Shown here one piece after another: positions 1 to 8,240 of a stretch of DNA of 42,656 nt. The position numbers and the translations under genes were made by a program. Location of the stretch: IMG/VR virus record IMGVR_UViG_3300010352_000823. One strand, written 5' to 3'. Position 1 is the first letter of the stretch. Every line of letters begins with the position of its first letter. Below the pieces are notes generated by a model. That model did no database searches and was not told where the DNA came from. It saw nothing but the letters and a program-made list of their open reading frames with translations. This DNA is from a virus.

Positions 1-127
1 GCGCCCAGAAGTTTAACAATAGGCAATTGGAAAGGGATTGTCATCAATTCAAGCTGCTTGGTCCAGAGCGGATCAAGGCCAGATATTGGTGTTGTTATAT
101 TCTCGAATGTTTCTGTGTCTTTATCAA
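1..127. repeat. Terminal redundancy copy A, identical to 42530-42656; marks circular closure or an assembly overlap
   Basis: Direct comparison: the first 127 nt (gcgcccagaagtttaacaatagg...ctttatcaa) recur exactly as the last 127 nt of the window. Confidence 0.95.
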
Positions 128-1124
128 ATAAAGCAATACTGTTATTATCGCGGCCTTTGGCCAGGGCATTCAATCTGTTCTGGATAAATTTTGTTGCATT
201 GAATGAATTATCATCTGGTTTAAGATTTGTTCCAAAAACCAACAATGAATACTTTCTTATCAATTTGTTGATGGATTTTCTTGCGGATTCGAATCCATAG
301 GCATAATCAAACGCCAACTGAGCTGTTGGTATTCCAAGAAAATTATAAATTGGGGAATATATCTGCGGGCAATAATTCTCACGTAGACGCAAGAAACGGG
401 AAGCATGTATTTCTTTTCCCATCACGATATAATAGGTTGGTTCATAAAAATCGGCACGCGTTGGGGTTGTTGTATCATATCCCATCGAGGTAAAGTTCCA
501 AGGTTCGATAACTTTTAACCGATTTACTCTCATTCCTTTTAATTTAACCTTGGCGACTTCTTCGTTATTATCATCCCAAATAGGTGTTTTTAATTCTTCA
601 TCATTTGGAGCATTACCATTGGAATCAACAATCTCGACATAAATAAGACATCCGCCATAATATCCGGTTGCAATTTCGCCTTTCTTAAAAGTTTCACGGC
701 AATTAAGATTTTCCAATTTACGGGTAACAAATTCGCTTCTGTCTTTCTGGTCGTCTTTTAATGTATTTATTTTACACCAGTTTTTTGTCATATCATTGGC
801 GATTTTCTGAACGCCATTTCTAATAAGTGGATTCTGGGTCAAAGACATTAAAAAAGGATAACCTGGGAATTTTATACTTGCAGGGTCCATACCCGCAACG
901 CCAAACCCTGCAAAATATGCTGGGGCGTCATCTTTCAAAACAAGCTTATTATCGATTTTCTTATAATTATTGGAAATAAGTAAATCTCTTTGTTGTTCAA
1001 TGGCAATATCTAACGGGGTTTTGTTTTCTTCGAATATGTCGCCATTAGAATCGCTAATTGGATAAGATTTGAATACTTTATGTAAATAATTTACAAATCC
1101 GGTTTTCTTTTTTTTGTTTTCCAT
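1..1124 (-). CDS. Portal protein, N-terminal part; the gene continues across the circular junction into 42118-42529, giving about 511 aa in total
   Basis: ATG at 1124 with AAGGGA SD. The frame stays open to the window edge and is in frame with ORF 42118-42576 through the 127-bp repeat ((1124-47) is divisible by 3). Lies directly downstream of TerL; size and position are typical of a portal. Confidence 0.75.
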   Translation of the reverse strand, partial: MENKKKKTGFVNYLHKVFKSYPISDSNGDIFEENKTPLDIAIEQQRDLLISNNYKKIDNKLVLKDDAPAYFAGFGVAGMDPASIKFPGYPFLMSLTQNPLIRNGVQKIANDMTKNWCKINTLKDDQKDRSEFVTRKLENLNCRETFKKGEIATGYYGGCLIYVEIVDSNGNAPNDEELKTPIWDDNNEEVAKVKLKGMRVNRLKVIEPWNFTSMGYDTTTPTRADFYEPTYYIVMGKEIHASRFLRLRENYCPQIYSPIYNFLGIPTAQLAFDYAYGFESARKSINKLIRKYSLLVFGTNLKPDDNSFNATKFIQNRLNALAKGRDNNSIALFDKDTETFENITTPISGLDPLWTKQLELMTIPFQLPIVKLLG

Positions 1125-1169
1125 CGTAAAATCCCTTTTGGTGTATTGTATAAGTATTTTCTCAAAATG

Positions 1170-2459
1170 TCAAAGTAAGAAAGAGTCTGGTGATAAATCT
1201 GGCTGCAATGATATATTATCTTCGTCAATTTGTTCTCTAATGTTTGCGCTGGGCATATTTATAAACATTTTTCGAATATCTTTTTTATGAAGAGTTATAT
1301 CTTCCAAAGCATATCGAACAGAATCAACCCCGTGATCATCTTGATTTTTCCTAATTTCTGCTGTAAATTCCCCTGATCTTTTATCTTTCTCGTGTTCTAA
1401 TGTTGTGAACTCTCGATATAAATTCTTGCATTCTGGTGAAATATAAATAATATCAAATTCCTGTAATGTTGTATATCCGCCCTCGACCGAACCTTTTCCC
1501 TTTTGGCATGCAACCGCATTTATTCCATATTCATTGACATATTCCGCAATGGCCTCTGGTCGTGCATTATCACATACAACCTTGCGTTTTCCGACAATTT
1601 CTTTGACCAATGGTGCGGTTTGTTTATTAAGGGCATGGTGCATATATAGCTCATCATCAATATAAAGTAAGTTTTTCCCGTCTTTTTTTACAACATACGA
1701 ACCTGATAGAGCAAACGCATCCGCGGCAAATCCCCAGTCAATTCCAAATTTCTCAGGAACACTATGAATAATATCCTCTGGCGTTTCACCAATTTGGACA
1801 TTCTGGAACACAAGTCCCTCATGTGCGCCCCATTCACCAAGACCATATACACGCCACCAATTACTATTTCTATCATGTGCTTCGATTGATTGAATGGTAT
1901 TCTTTGATAAAAATGGATTATCCTTGTATGTTGAAACATCTTCATAAACAGAACCCTTGAATGCTGGATTTTCGAGAATTTTTGGTATTATCCAGAATTT
2001 AGCGGAGGGATTACAGTCTAAAAACACCAAACCAGATGTTCTAGCAATAAGCTGGTCCACAATTTCCCAAGATTGATAATTACACTCGTTTATGAACAAA
2101 TCATCAGATCTGACACCATGTGCTGTATCAATTTTATCAATGGAAACGAAGTTAATCTGACCACCACCTGGGAAAAACAAGATATGTTCGGTTGACCGAT
2201 ACCAAACTGACCATTCTATTCCAAATAGACGCGCAAGAATCTTTGAATCTCGTAAAACACCCATTGAAAGGTGTTTATAAGTCAAACCAATGACATTGAT
2301 GTAACGGTGGCTGTATAAAGCCCGTATAAACAATATGGACAGAATTGACCATGTTTTTGATGATGATGTTCCGCCGCGCGCAAAGATTATCCGCGCACCC
2401 ATTTGAATAGCGGCGACAATCCGGTCATATATTTTTGTAAATTTGATTCCATCATTCAT
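1170..2459 (-). CDS. terL: Terminase large subunit (Terminase_3 / PBSX-type)
   Basis: Walker A-like ARGGTSSSKT, Walker B plus catalytic Glu (DDLFINECN), RNaseH-like nuclease motif FGIDWGF. 429 aa, adjacent to the portal. Confidence 0.9.
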   Translation of the reverse strand: MNDGIKFTKIYDRIVAAIQMGARIIFARGGTSSSKTWSILSILFIRALYSHRYINVIGLTYKHLSMGVLRDSKILARLFGIEWSVWYRSTEHILFFPGGGQINFVSIDKIDTAHGVRSDDLFINECNYQSWEIVDQLIARTSGLVFLDCNPSAKFWIIPKILENPAFKGSVYEDVSTYKDNPFLSKNTIQSIEAHDRNSNWWRVYGLGEWGAHEGLVFQNVQIGETPEDIIHSVPEKFGIDWGFAADAFALSGSYVVKKDGKNLLYIDDELYMHHALNKQTAPLVKEIVGKRKVVCDNARPEAIAEYVNEYGINAVACQKGKGSVEGGYTTLQEFDIIYISPECKNLYREFTTLEHEKDKRSGEFTAEIRKNQDDHGVDSVRYALEDITLHKKDIRKMFINMPSANIREQIDEDNISLQPDLSPDSFLL

Positions 2460-2773
2460 ATTTTTCTTATAATTATTTTATGTTCTGGCATTTTGTTATG
2501 AACTTTTACAACAATCTGATCGACAACCAGTGATGTTGTATCCCGCAATGCAACAAATAACCGCATTTGTTCCATAAGAACATCCAAGAACTTATGCGTA
2601 AATTCCCATTTTAATGCCTCATTTCTTGTATAGATATTAAATTCAAGTCCTATCGGACCATGGTTAATATCTTTTTCCATTTTTCGAGCAACCTGCTGAC
2701 AAGCGACTATAAACTCTTCTTGGGTTATTCTTGACGACAAATCAAGACTTCTAAGTTTTATTTCGGCAGCCAT
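2456..2773 (-). CDS. Hypothetical protein between the TerS candidate and TerL
   Basis: 105-aa ORF with a 4-nt overlap with the terL start; co-oriented and tightly packed. Confidence 0.6.
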   Translation of the reverse strand: MAAEIKLRSLDLSSRITQEEFIVACQQVARKMEKDINHGPIGLEFNIYTRNEALKWEFTHKFLDVLMEQMRLFVALRDTTSLVVDQIVVKVHNKMPEHKIIIRKI

Positions 2774-2790
2774 TTCTCTCTCTTTGGTAA

Positions 2791-3195
2791 TTATTTCGGT
2801 AAATCAATGACTTTTTGGATAGAATTTGCGGTTTTATTATCAGCAACCACAATGGAAATTCCAGCAGGCGCATGAATTTCTTCACTTCCACCCATAATTT
2901 CAATTAACTTTGCAGTTGCCTTAGGATTATTTCTTGAATGATTTCTCATCATAACCGCTGCTTCGATATATCCATCAATTTCAGTTTTTGATAGTTGAGG
3001 AAATTTCCCACGAATCATTTTTGTATCTTCATCATTGGCTTTCATAGACATAATCAAGTCCATAGCCTCTTTCATTGCGTTTTTTGTTTTAATAGCGGCG
3101 TTGGCGGAAATCGCACCTTTTCTATCAGATTCTTTTGTGCGTTTTTCCATTATCTTGCCTTTATTAGCTAAAAATTCTTTTGTTTGTCTTCCCAT
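2791..3195 (-). CDS. Putative terminase small subunit
   Basis: 134-aa basic N-terminus, located upstream of terL, GAGGGTG SD 7 nt before the ATG. No family motif recognised, so the function is positional inference. Confidence 0.35.
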   Translation of the reverse strand: MGRQTKEFLANKGKIMEKRTKESDRKGAISANAAIKTKNAMKEAMDLIMSMKANDEDTKMIRGKFPQLSKTEIDGYIEAAVMMRNHSRNNPKATAKLIEIMGGSEEIHAPAGISIVVADNKTANSIQKVIDLPK

Positions 3196-3198
3196 TTA

Positions 3199-3222
3199 TT
3201 CACCCTCGCGTTCACCCTCGCG
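3199..3222. repeat. Perfect tandem duplication of the 12-mer ttcaccctcgcg (x2) in the MTase/TerS intergenic spacer
   Basis: Read directly. On the mRNA strand this is cgcgagggtgaa x2, so the SD-like GAGGGTG is duplicated. Confidence 0.9.
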
Positions 3223-3226
3223 TCCA

Positions 3227-4432
3227 TTATTTTTTGAATAAAGAGCCATCGGATTCTCTTTTTGCTTGTTTACCAGTGAATTTTTCCCATCTTTTGATAA
3301 TAACATCACAATACTTTGGGTCAAGTTCCATTGTATAGCATTTACGGTTTAATTGTTCACAGGCGATGATTGTTGTTCCTGAACCACCGAATAGGTCAAG
3401 GACGGTATTATTTTCAAGAGAGCTATTTTTAATTTGATAAGCAAATAGCTCAATAGGTTTCATAGTAGGATGTTCTTTATTAGCAGATGGTTTATTGAAT
3501 TCAAGAACAGTTGTTTGTTTTCTATCCGAATTCCAAATATGTGAAGCACCGTCTTTCCAACCGTATAGACATGGTTCGTGTTTCCATTGGTAGTCTTGAC
3601 GACCCATCACCATACTATTTTTTACCCAAATCAAACATTCACGAATTTTCCAACTAGTATTTTTACATGCAGAACGGAAATTGTAACCTTCTGAATCAGC
3701 ATGCCATATGTAAAATACTGCTCCATCCCGCATAAAAGCATTTGCACAAGTAAATGAATCTATTAGAAATTTCATAAAATTATCATCAGACATAGAATCA
3801 TTTTGAATTTTTAATTTATCTTTTGTTTTCCCTTCGTATTCAACGTTATATGGCGGGTCGGTAATAAATAAATCCATTTTAGTATTATTTGATAATTTTT
3901 CTACATCATCAATAATTGTTGCATCCCCACACATCAATCGGTGATTTCCGAGTATCCAAACTTCACCTAATCGACAAATTGGTTTATTTGTATCGTCTAT
4001 ATCTGGACATTCTACTTCTTCAATTTCTTTTTCACTTTCAATTCTTTTGAAATCAATGCCAAAATCATCAAGCTTGATTGGATCGAAATTCAATGAAAGT
4101 AATTTCATATCCCATTTTCCGCCTTGGGTATTCATTCCAAGAAGAACATTTTCCTCTTCATCTTTGGTCAAATCACGGGTTGCAACTAATACTTCAACCT
4201 CAGTATCTGGTTCAAATTGTTCCAAAAGCACTTCATATCGCGCGTGGCCAGATAAAATCATATTTTGATTATTTATAACAATTCTATCAATGTATCCATT
4301 GCGTTTCAATGATTCCCGAACGCCTTTTAATGTTTCTTTTGTGATTTCGCGTGGATTGTTTGGATTTTTGACCAAATCAGATAATTTTCTGATTTCAAAT
4401 TTCCACAAAGATTGATCAATTGTTTTTTTCAT
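3227..4432 (-). CDS. DNA methyltransferase (beta-class N6-adenine/N4-cytosine type) with an N-terminal ParB/Srx-like nuclease domain
   Basis: N-terminus has NPNNPREI and SGHARY (ParB-like). Motif IV is ITDPPYNVEYEG, followed by motif I LDLFGGSGTT; the IV-to-I order is beta class. Confidence 0.85.
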   Translation of the reverse strand: MKKTIDQSLWKFEIRKLSDLVKNPNNPREITKETLKGVRESLKRNGYIDRIVINNQNMILSGHARYEVLLEQFEPDTEVEVLVATRDLTKDEEENVLLGMNTQGGKWDMKLLSLNFDPIKLDDFGIDFKRIESEKEIEEVECPDIDDTNKPICRLGEVWILGNHRLMCGDATIIDDVEKLSNNTKMDLFITDPPYNVEYEGKTKDKLKIQNDSMSDDNFMKFLIDSFTCANAFMRDGAVFYIWHADSEGYNFRSACKNTSWKIRECLIWVKNSMVMGRQDYQWKHEPCLYGWKDGASHIWNSDRKQTTVLEFNKPSANKEHPTMKPIELFAYQIKNSSLENNTVLDLFGGSGTTIIACEQLNRKCYTMELDPKYCDVIIKRWEKFTGKQAKRESDGSLFKK

Positions 4433-4441
4433 TATTTACTC

Positions 4442-5182
4442 CTATTTTTCATATTTGCATTTCTCTGGGAATAAATTATTTAAGAATTTATTCAGTTTTG
4501 GCTTTCTTGGATTACCAATATAGTTATCAAATACAGAAATCCAATCGGTGGTAAATTCATTCGGATCGCCAGATCTTATTTTAACATCATCAGATTGTTT
4601 ATCAAACGGTAAGCCCGCTGCATTTCCATACAAGCTTCTTTTTAGAACTATGTCATGTGAATTGATATAATTTATTACGCGTATATCATTGAAAATAGTG
4701 TTGAATTTACTTCTGTTTATTATAATTGGAAAATGTTGCTCATAATTATATGGAACATTTCGGCCAGAAATTTCTTTTATCAAAGGAAGACAATCTTCAA
4801 ATGTCTTGGCGTATTTTGAATAAACGCCAAATTTTCTGTATTCTTTTATCTGTTCTTCGAGAGTATTCTTAACTTTATTCAACGACTCATTCCAATCTTG
4901 AATTGGTCGGATTAGAATAAAATCATCATTCATAAGAATAAAATCATCAGATATCTTTGGGATGTTATATGCAGCCATAAGGTTCATAGTCGTGTTTCTA
5001 TTCTTGGATACTGCCGAATTTTGGGATGTTGGATAATATAAAACATCATCACTTACCCACCTTGGCTTATATCCAACAATATGTATTTTATCAAATTCTG
5101 GTGCGTTTTTGGCAATAGAGCGAAGACTATACCGTAAATCTTCATTTTGATCGCCGTTGCGCACCATATAAACAATATCCAT
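4442..5182 (-). CDS. Stealth-family protein (putative sugar-1-phosphate transferase)
   Basis: DIVYMVRNGD (CR1-like), EDLRYSLRSIAKNAPEFDKIHIVGYKPRW (CR2 hallmark ELRYSLRS), FILMNDDFILIRP, EQHFPIIINR (CR3-like HxP). Confidence 0.65.
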   Translation of the reverse strand: MDIVYMVRNGDQNEDLRYSLRSIAKNAPEFDKIHIVGYKPRWVSDDVLYYPTSQNSAVSKNRNTTMNLMAAYNIPKISDDFILMNDDFILIRPIQDWNESLNKVKNTLEEQIKEYRKFGVYSKYAKTFEDCLPLIKEISGRNVPYNYEQHFPIIINRSKFNTIFNDIRVINYINSHDIVLKRSLYGNAAGLPFDKQSDDVKIRSGDPNEFTTDWISVFDNYIGNPRKPKLNKFLNNLFPEKCKYEK

Positions 5183-5185
5183 AGC

Positions 5186-6094
5186 TTATTCCAGTATATC
5201 TTTTAATTGTTTTTCTAAATATGGTAAGATTTCGTGAACATCAACCGTTTTGATAATTGATTTGCTTATTCCATCGATACAATCCTCAATCAATGGTGAA
5301 TATGTGCAAATTGGACTTGACGCTGCAAAATTATGAGCTTTATGTAATTCAAACTCTTCATTGTTTGTGATAATCCCACCATTCTTTTGTGCGCAGATCA
5401 TTGTTTTAATACCGAGCGCGGTCACTTCAAGAAAACACCGACCCACCCCAACACCATATTGATAATGCGATAATATCTCAAATATATTATCACGATTCAG
5501 TTTAATTCTATTGTTGAACTTATTTTTGGATATTTCGTCAAATTGCCAACCTTTTCGAATGAATGTGCTTTTTACTTTGCCAAACATTGCGTCTTTACCG
5601 AGATATTTATTGCCGAACCAAATCACGCGTTTACCATAATACTTTTGAAATTTACCCTCAAATTTATCAATGTCCGATACAACAATAGCCATCGGGAGGT
5701 GAATTGCATCAATGCCCATTGATATAATTTTTTCGTATAAATCCAGACGCGCTGTGATATAAATAACTTTTTTCTTATAATTTTTTATAAATTCTTCAAT
5801 TCTTGGGATTTCGCGGTCGATGTTTTCATGCAAATATGATATTATCAAATCTGTTTTTTTGGGAATTATTTCATAATTATTTGAACCAACGGTTGTTATT
5901 ATGATATTTTTATATTTTTTTTGATTGGCCAGCAAGTCGAGGATAATTGGAATATGATACTTTACAATATCAATCGAATAAGTATAAGCACCATTTGTCT
6001 TGTTTTTTGCTGCATGCACAGATTGGTATGAATCTGCCCAGACGGGATGAGTATTGTGATCAAAAAGTGTTATTGTGATATTTTTTTTACCCAT
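5186..6094 (-). CDS. Putative GT-B-like glycosyltransferase partner of the Stealth gene (function uncertain)
   Basis: 302-aa ORF with GAGAGGA SD. C-terminal GVGVGRCFLEVTALGIKTMIC resembles the GT1/GT4 nucleotide-sugar binding segment. Separated from the Stealth start by 3 nt. Confidence 0.35.
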   Translation of the reverse strand: MGKKNITITLFDHNTHPVWADSYQSVHAAKNKTNGAYTYSIDIVKYHIPIILDLLANQKKYKNIIITTVGSNNYEIIPKKTDLIISYLHENIDREIPRIEEFIKNYKKKVIYITARLDLYEKIISMGIDAIHLPMAIVVSDIDKFEGKFQKYYGKRVIWFGNKYLGKDAMFGKVKSTFIRKGWQFDEISKNKFNNRIKLNRDNIFEILSHYQYGVGVGRCFLEVTALGIKTMICAQKNGGIITNNEEFELHKAHNFAASSPICTYSPLIEDCIDGISKSIIKTVDVHEILPYLEKQLKDILE

Positions 6095-6137
6095 TTTAAT
6101 CCTCTCTTGAAAATAATACTCCTATAAAAATAATATG

Positions 6138-6428
6138 TCAAGAAACATTCTCACGAGTTTTACCAAAAACAACCAGCCAAAATTCTGCTTTTATTTTGTT
6201 AATTTCTTCTTCGGGCATTGCATAACCATTCCGTTGATAAAAAGCTATTTTAATATCTTTTTCTTCATTTTGTGCATAGCCACAGTATTTATAAACATTT
6301 ATAATATCGACATGGCGACAAATATGCCCAGGAAATAATTTTTTTGCCAGTGTATATTGCTTTTCTTTATCGTGAAGTATGTTGATGTCTTTTTTCAGAT
6401 ATTTATCAATCTTTTTTGCGTCTGCCAT
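6138..6428 (-). CDS. Hypothetical protein
   Basis: 96-aa ORF; start follows the upstream stop by 2 nt; GGGGAA SD. Confidence 0.6.
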   Translation of the reverse strand: MADAKKIDKYLKKDINILHDKEKQYTLAKKLFPGHICRHVDIINVYKYCGYAQNEEKDIKIAFYQRNGYAMPEEEINKIKAEFWLVVFGKTRENVS

Positions 6429-6430
6429 CG

Positions 6431-7303
6431 TTATTTCCCCAATGCTTGTTTCTTTTTGATAGAGTTACGCATAACATAGATTGTTTGCATAGTGCATCCT
6501 AAATCTTCTGATTGTTTTCTTGTGTCGCCAGGATATTTCTTTTCAAGTTCCAAAAGTTCATTTTCGCGGGGACTTAATTTTATATTTTTTGTTTGACTGG
6601 ACTTTGCTGGAAAATACTCACCAGGTTGATACGATTTTGGCTTTGGCGTTTCGATTTCTGTTTTTTTTAATTTTTCAATCTTATCCACTATTTTTTTATC
6701 TTCTTTGATTGCTGTGTCAAAAACTTCTTCAATTATTCCATTTGTTTTACATGTGGCTTTATTTACAGGCAATGGGTTACAGTTTGAATCTATAAAATGA
6801 ACATTTGTAAAGTATTCTGTTTTGTTATCCTTTGCAATAAAATGAGTGCATACGGGATCATAACTTACAATATACGAATCTTTTGGAATTTTGTGATCCA
6901 TTTTTATTTGATTGAATTTATCAAAAGCTTGACTTATTTTTATTCTATGTTGTTTTTCTTCTTCTGATAATTCATTTTTTATTGGGTTTTCAATTTTAAC
7001 TTTCTGATCTGGAATATCAACCGGTTCTAATTCAACAGCAACGACATCTTTCTTTTCTGATGATTCGGAATCATAAATTACCATCCGGTCAACAATACTT
7101 GATTTGCAAATATACTGACCGGTGAACATCTGATTATCGTTGACGGTCATTGCAAGACATATTTGTTTTTCACTTTCAAATACCACAAAACCTGTGGTTA
7201 AGTGAACAGTTTCGGGTATATCTTTAAGTTTGTTGATTTCGTGCCACTTATCGTTATCAAACATGATGCTATTATCTACCCATGCAATTTTCTCGATTTT
7301 CAT
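6431..7303 (-). CDS. Putative transcriptional regulator with a C-terminal LuxR/sigma70-region-4-type HTH
   Basis: GGAGG SD. C-terminus LSPRENELLELEKKYPGDTRKQSEDLGCTMQTIYVMRNSIKKK matches the LSxRExxVL...TV helix-turn-helix pattern. Confidence 0.45.
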   Translation of the reverse strand: MKIEKIAWVDNSIMFDNDKWHEINKLKDIPETVHLTTGFVVFESEKQICLAMTVNDNQMFTGQYICKSSIVDRMVIYDSESSEKKDVVAVELEPVDIPDQKVKIENPIKNELSEEEKQHRIKISQAFDKFNQIKMDHKIPKDSYIVSYDPVCTHFIAKDNKTEYFTNVHFIDSNCNPLPVNKATCKTNGIIEEVFDTAIKEDKKIVDKIEKLKKTEIETPKPKSYQPGEYFPAKSSQTKNIKLSPRENELLELEKKYPGDTRKQSEDLGCTMQTIYVMRNSIKKKQALGK

Positions 7304-7538
7304 TTTTTCCTCCAGTTTTATTATCTATCTCTTCGACAATGCGATTATACCACCATTCATTGATAGGTTGCAAGCTTTTTATGTTATTTTTTTCAAGATA
7401 TTCTGATGGTGATAAATTACCCATAATCGGGTCATTTTTAAGTCTTCGCGCAGCCGCGGTGTATATTGTATCCAAATCGTTAAACCAAGTGAATTTTAAT
7501 AATTGTCCAGAAAAAGTTCGTAATATACCATATTCCAT
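7272..7538 (-). CDS. Hypothetical protein, first ORF after the 300-bp non-coding region
   Basis: 88-aa ORF with protein-like composition, but no recognisable SD upstream of the ATG. Confidence 0.5.
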   Translation of the reverse strand: MEYGILRTFSGQLLKFTWFNDLDTIYTAAARRLKNDPIMGNLSPSEYLEKNNIKSLQPINEWWYNRIVEEIDNKTGGKNENRENCMGR

Positions 7539-7597
7539 TTTAATTTATGCCAGATACGCTCTGGCAGGCGTCTTGCATAATCCGACTTTTACATCAG

Positions 7598-7621
7598 AAT
7601 CTTTGGTAGGAAATCTTTGGT
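7598..7621. repeat. Two copies of aatctttggt spaced 14 bp apart (7598-7607 and 7612-7621)
   Basis: Read directly in the non-coding region. Confidence 0.85.
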
Positions 7622-7691
7622 CGCGTTACACCTTTCGGAGGGCAGGTAATTAAACCTACTTGCGATACCAAACGCTCTTTCCCATAATTTT

Positions 7692-7720
7692 ATTTTACTT
7701 ATCATCTATTAAATAATCAA
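7692..7720 (-). promoter_or_regulatory. Candidate sigma70-type promoter TTGATT-N17-TAAAAT, firing toward 7538
   Basis: Hexamers read on the minus strand (-35 at 7720-7715, -10 at 7697-7692). Would give a leader of about 145 nt. Confidence 0.35.
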
Positions 7721-7838
7721 CCATAATTTTTTGCCCAAATCACACACAATATATTCATTTCTATACTAGAATCCTTGAATATAGCAACTTAAATTATAAT
7801 GTTTATAATATAAAAAATATAACAAAATAAAAATCTTT

Positions 7839-8021
7839 TCATCTTATTTTTTCTTTTTGAATTGTATAATTTTTTAATCCTATATTTTCGGCAAATATAC
7901 CCGCCAACCTTTCTGTGTCAAAATTCTTTGATTTTTTATCAGAATCTGTAAATACAAAACTCTTATCAATCAATGATATTGCGTATTTGAAATACAAACT
8001 ATTTTTAACAATATGATACAT
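7839..8021 (-). CDS. Hypothetical protein
   Basis: 60-aa ORF; GAGGATAA SD formed by the end of the upstream gene. Confidence 0.5.
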   Translation of the reverse strand: MYHIVKNSLYFKYAISLIDKSFVFTDSDKKSKNFDTERLAGIFAENIGLKNYTIQKEKIR

Positions 8022-8023
8022 TT

Positions 8024-8239
8024 TTATCCTCGTTTATTTTCGTTTCTAGTTCTGTATATTTCCATTTGCCATTCATGAACATATACCCATTTTTTTATTT
8101 CATACATTTTGTGTTTTTCACCATGGCTTTCTTCAATGTGGCCATCTTTGAAAATTCCAAATCTTGGATTACCTTCGTGCAAATGAAAAATAACCTGTGC
8201 TTTTTCATTTGGAATTTGTGTAGGATTATTCCAGTTCAT
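8024..8239 (-). CDS. Hypothetical protein
   Basis: 71-aa ORF preceded by the conserved junction AAGGATAACTAAAATG. Confidence 0.6.
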   Translation of the reverse strand: MNWNNPTQIPNEKAQVIFHLHEGNPRFGIFKDGHIEESHGEKHKMYEIKKWVYVHEWQMEIYRTRNENKRG

Positions 8240-8240
8240 T

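Noticed and set aside
285-296. ggattcgaatcc, reminiscent of a tRNA T-arm
   Set aside because: The flanks do not form a 5-bp T-stem, acceptor stem or anticodon arm, and the site lies inside the portal ORF. No tRNA-like cloverleaf was seen anywhere in the window.
7282-7653. 123-aa plus-strand ORF overlapping the 88-aa gene and the non-coding region
   Set aside because: Opposite to the local transcription direction, no SD, hydrophobic low-complexity translation.
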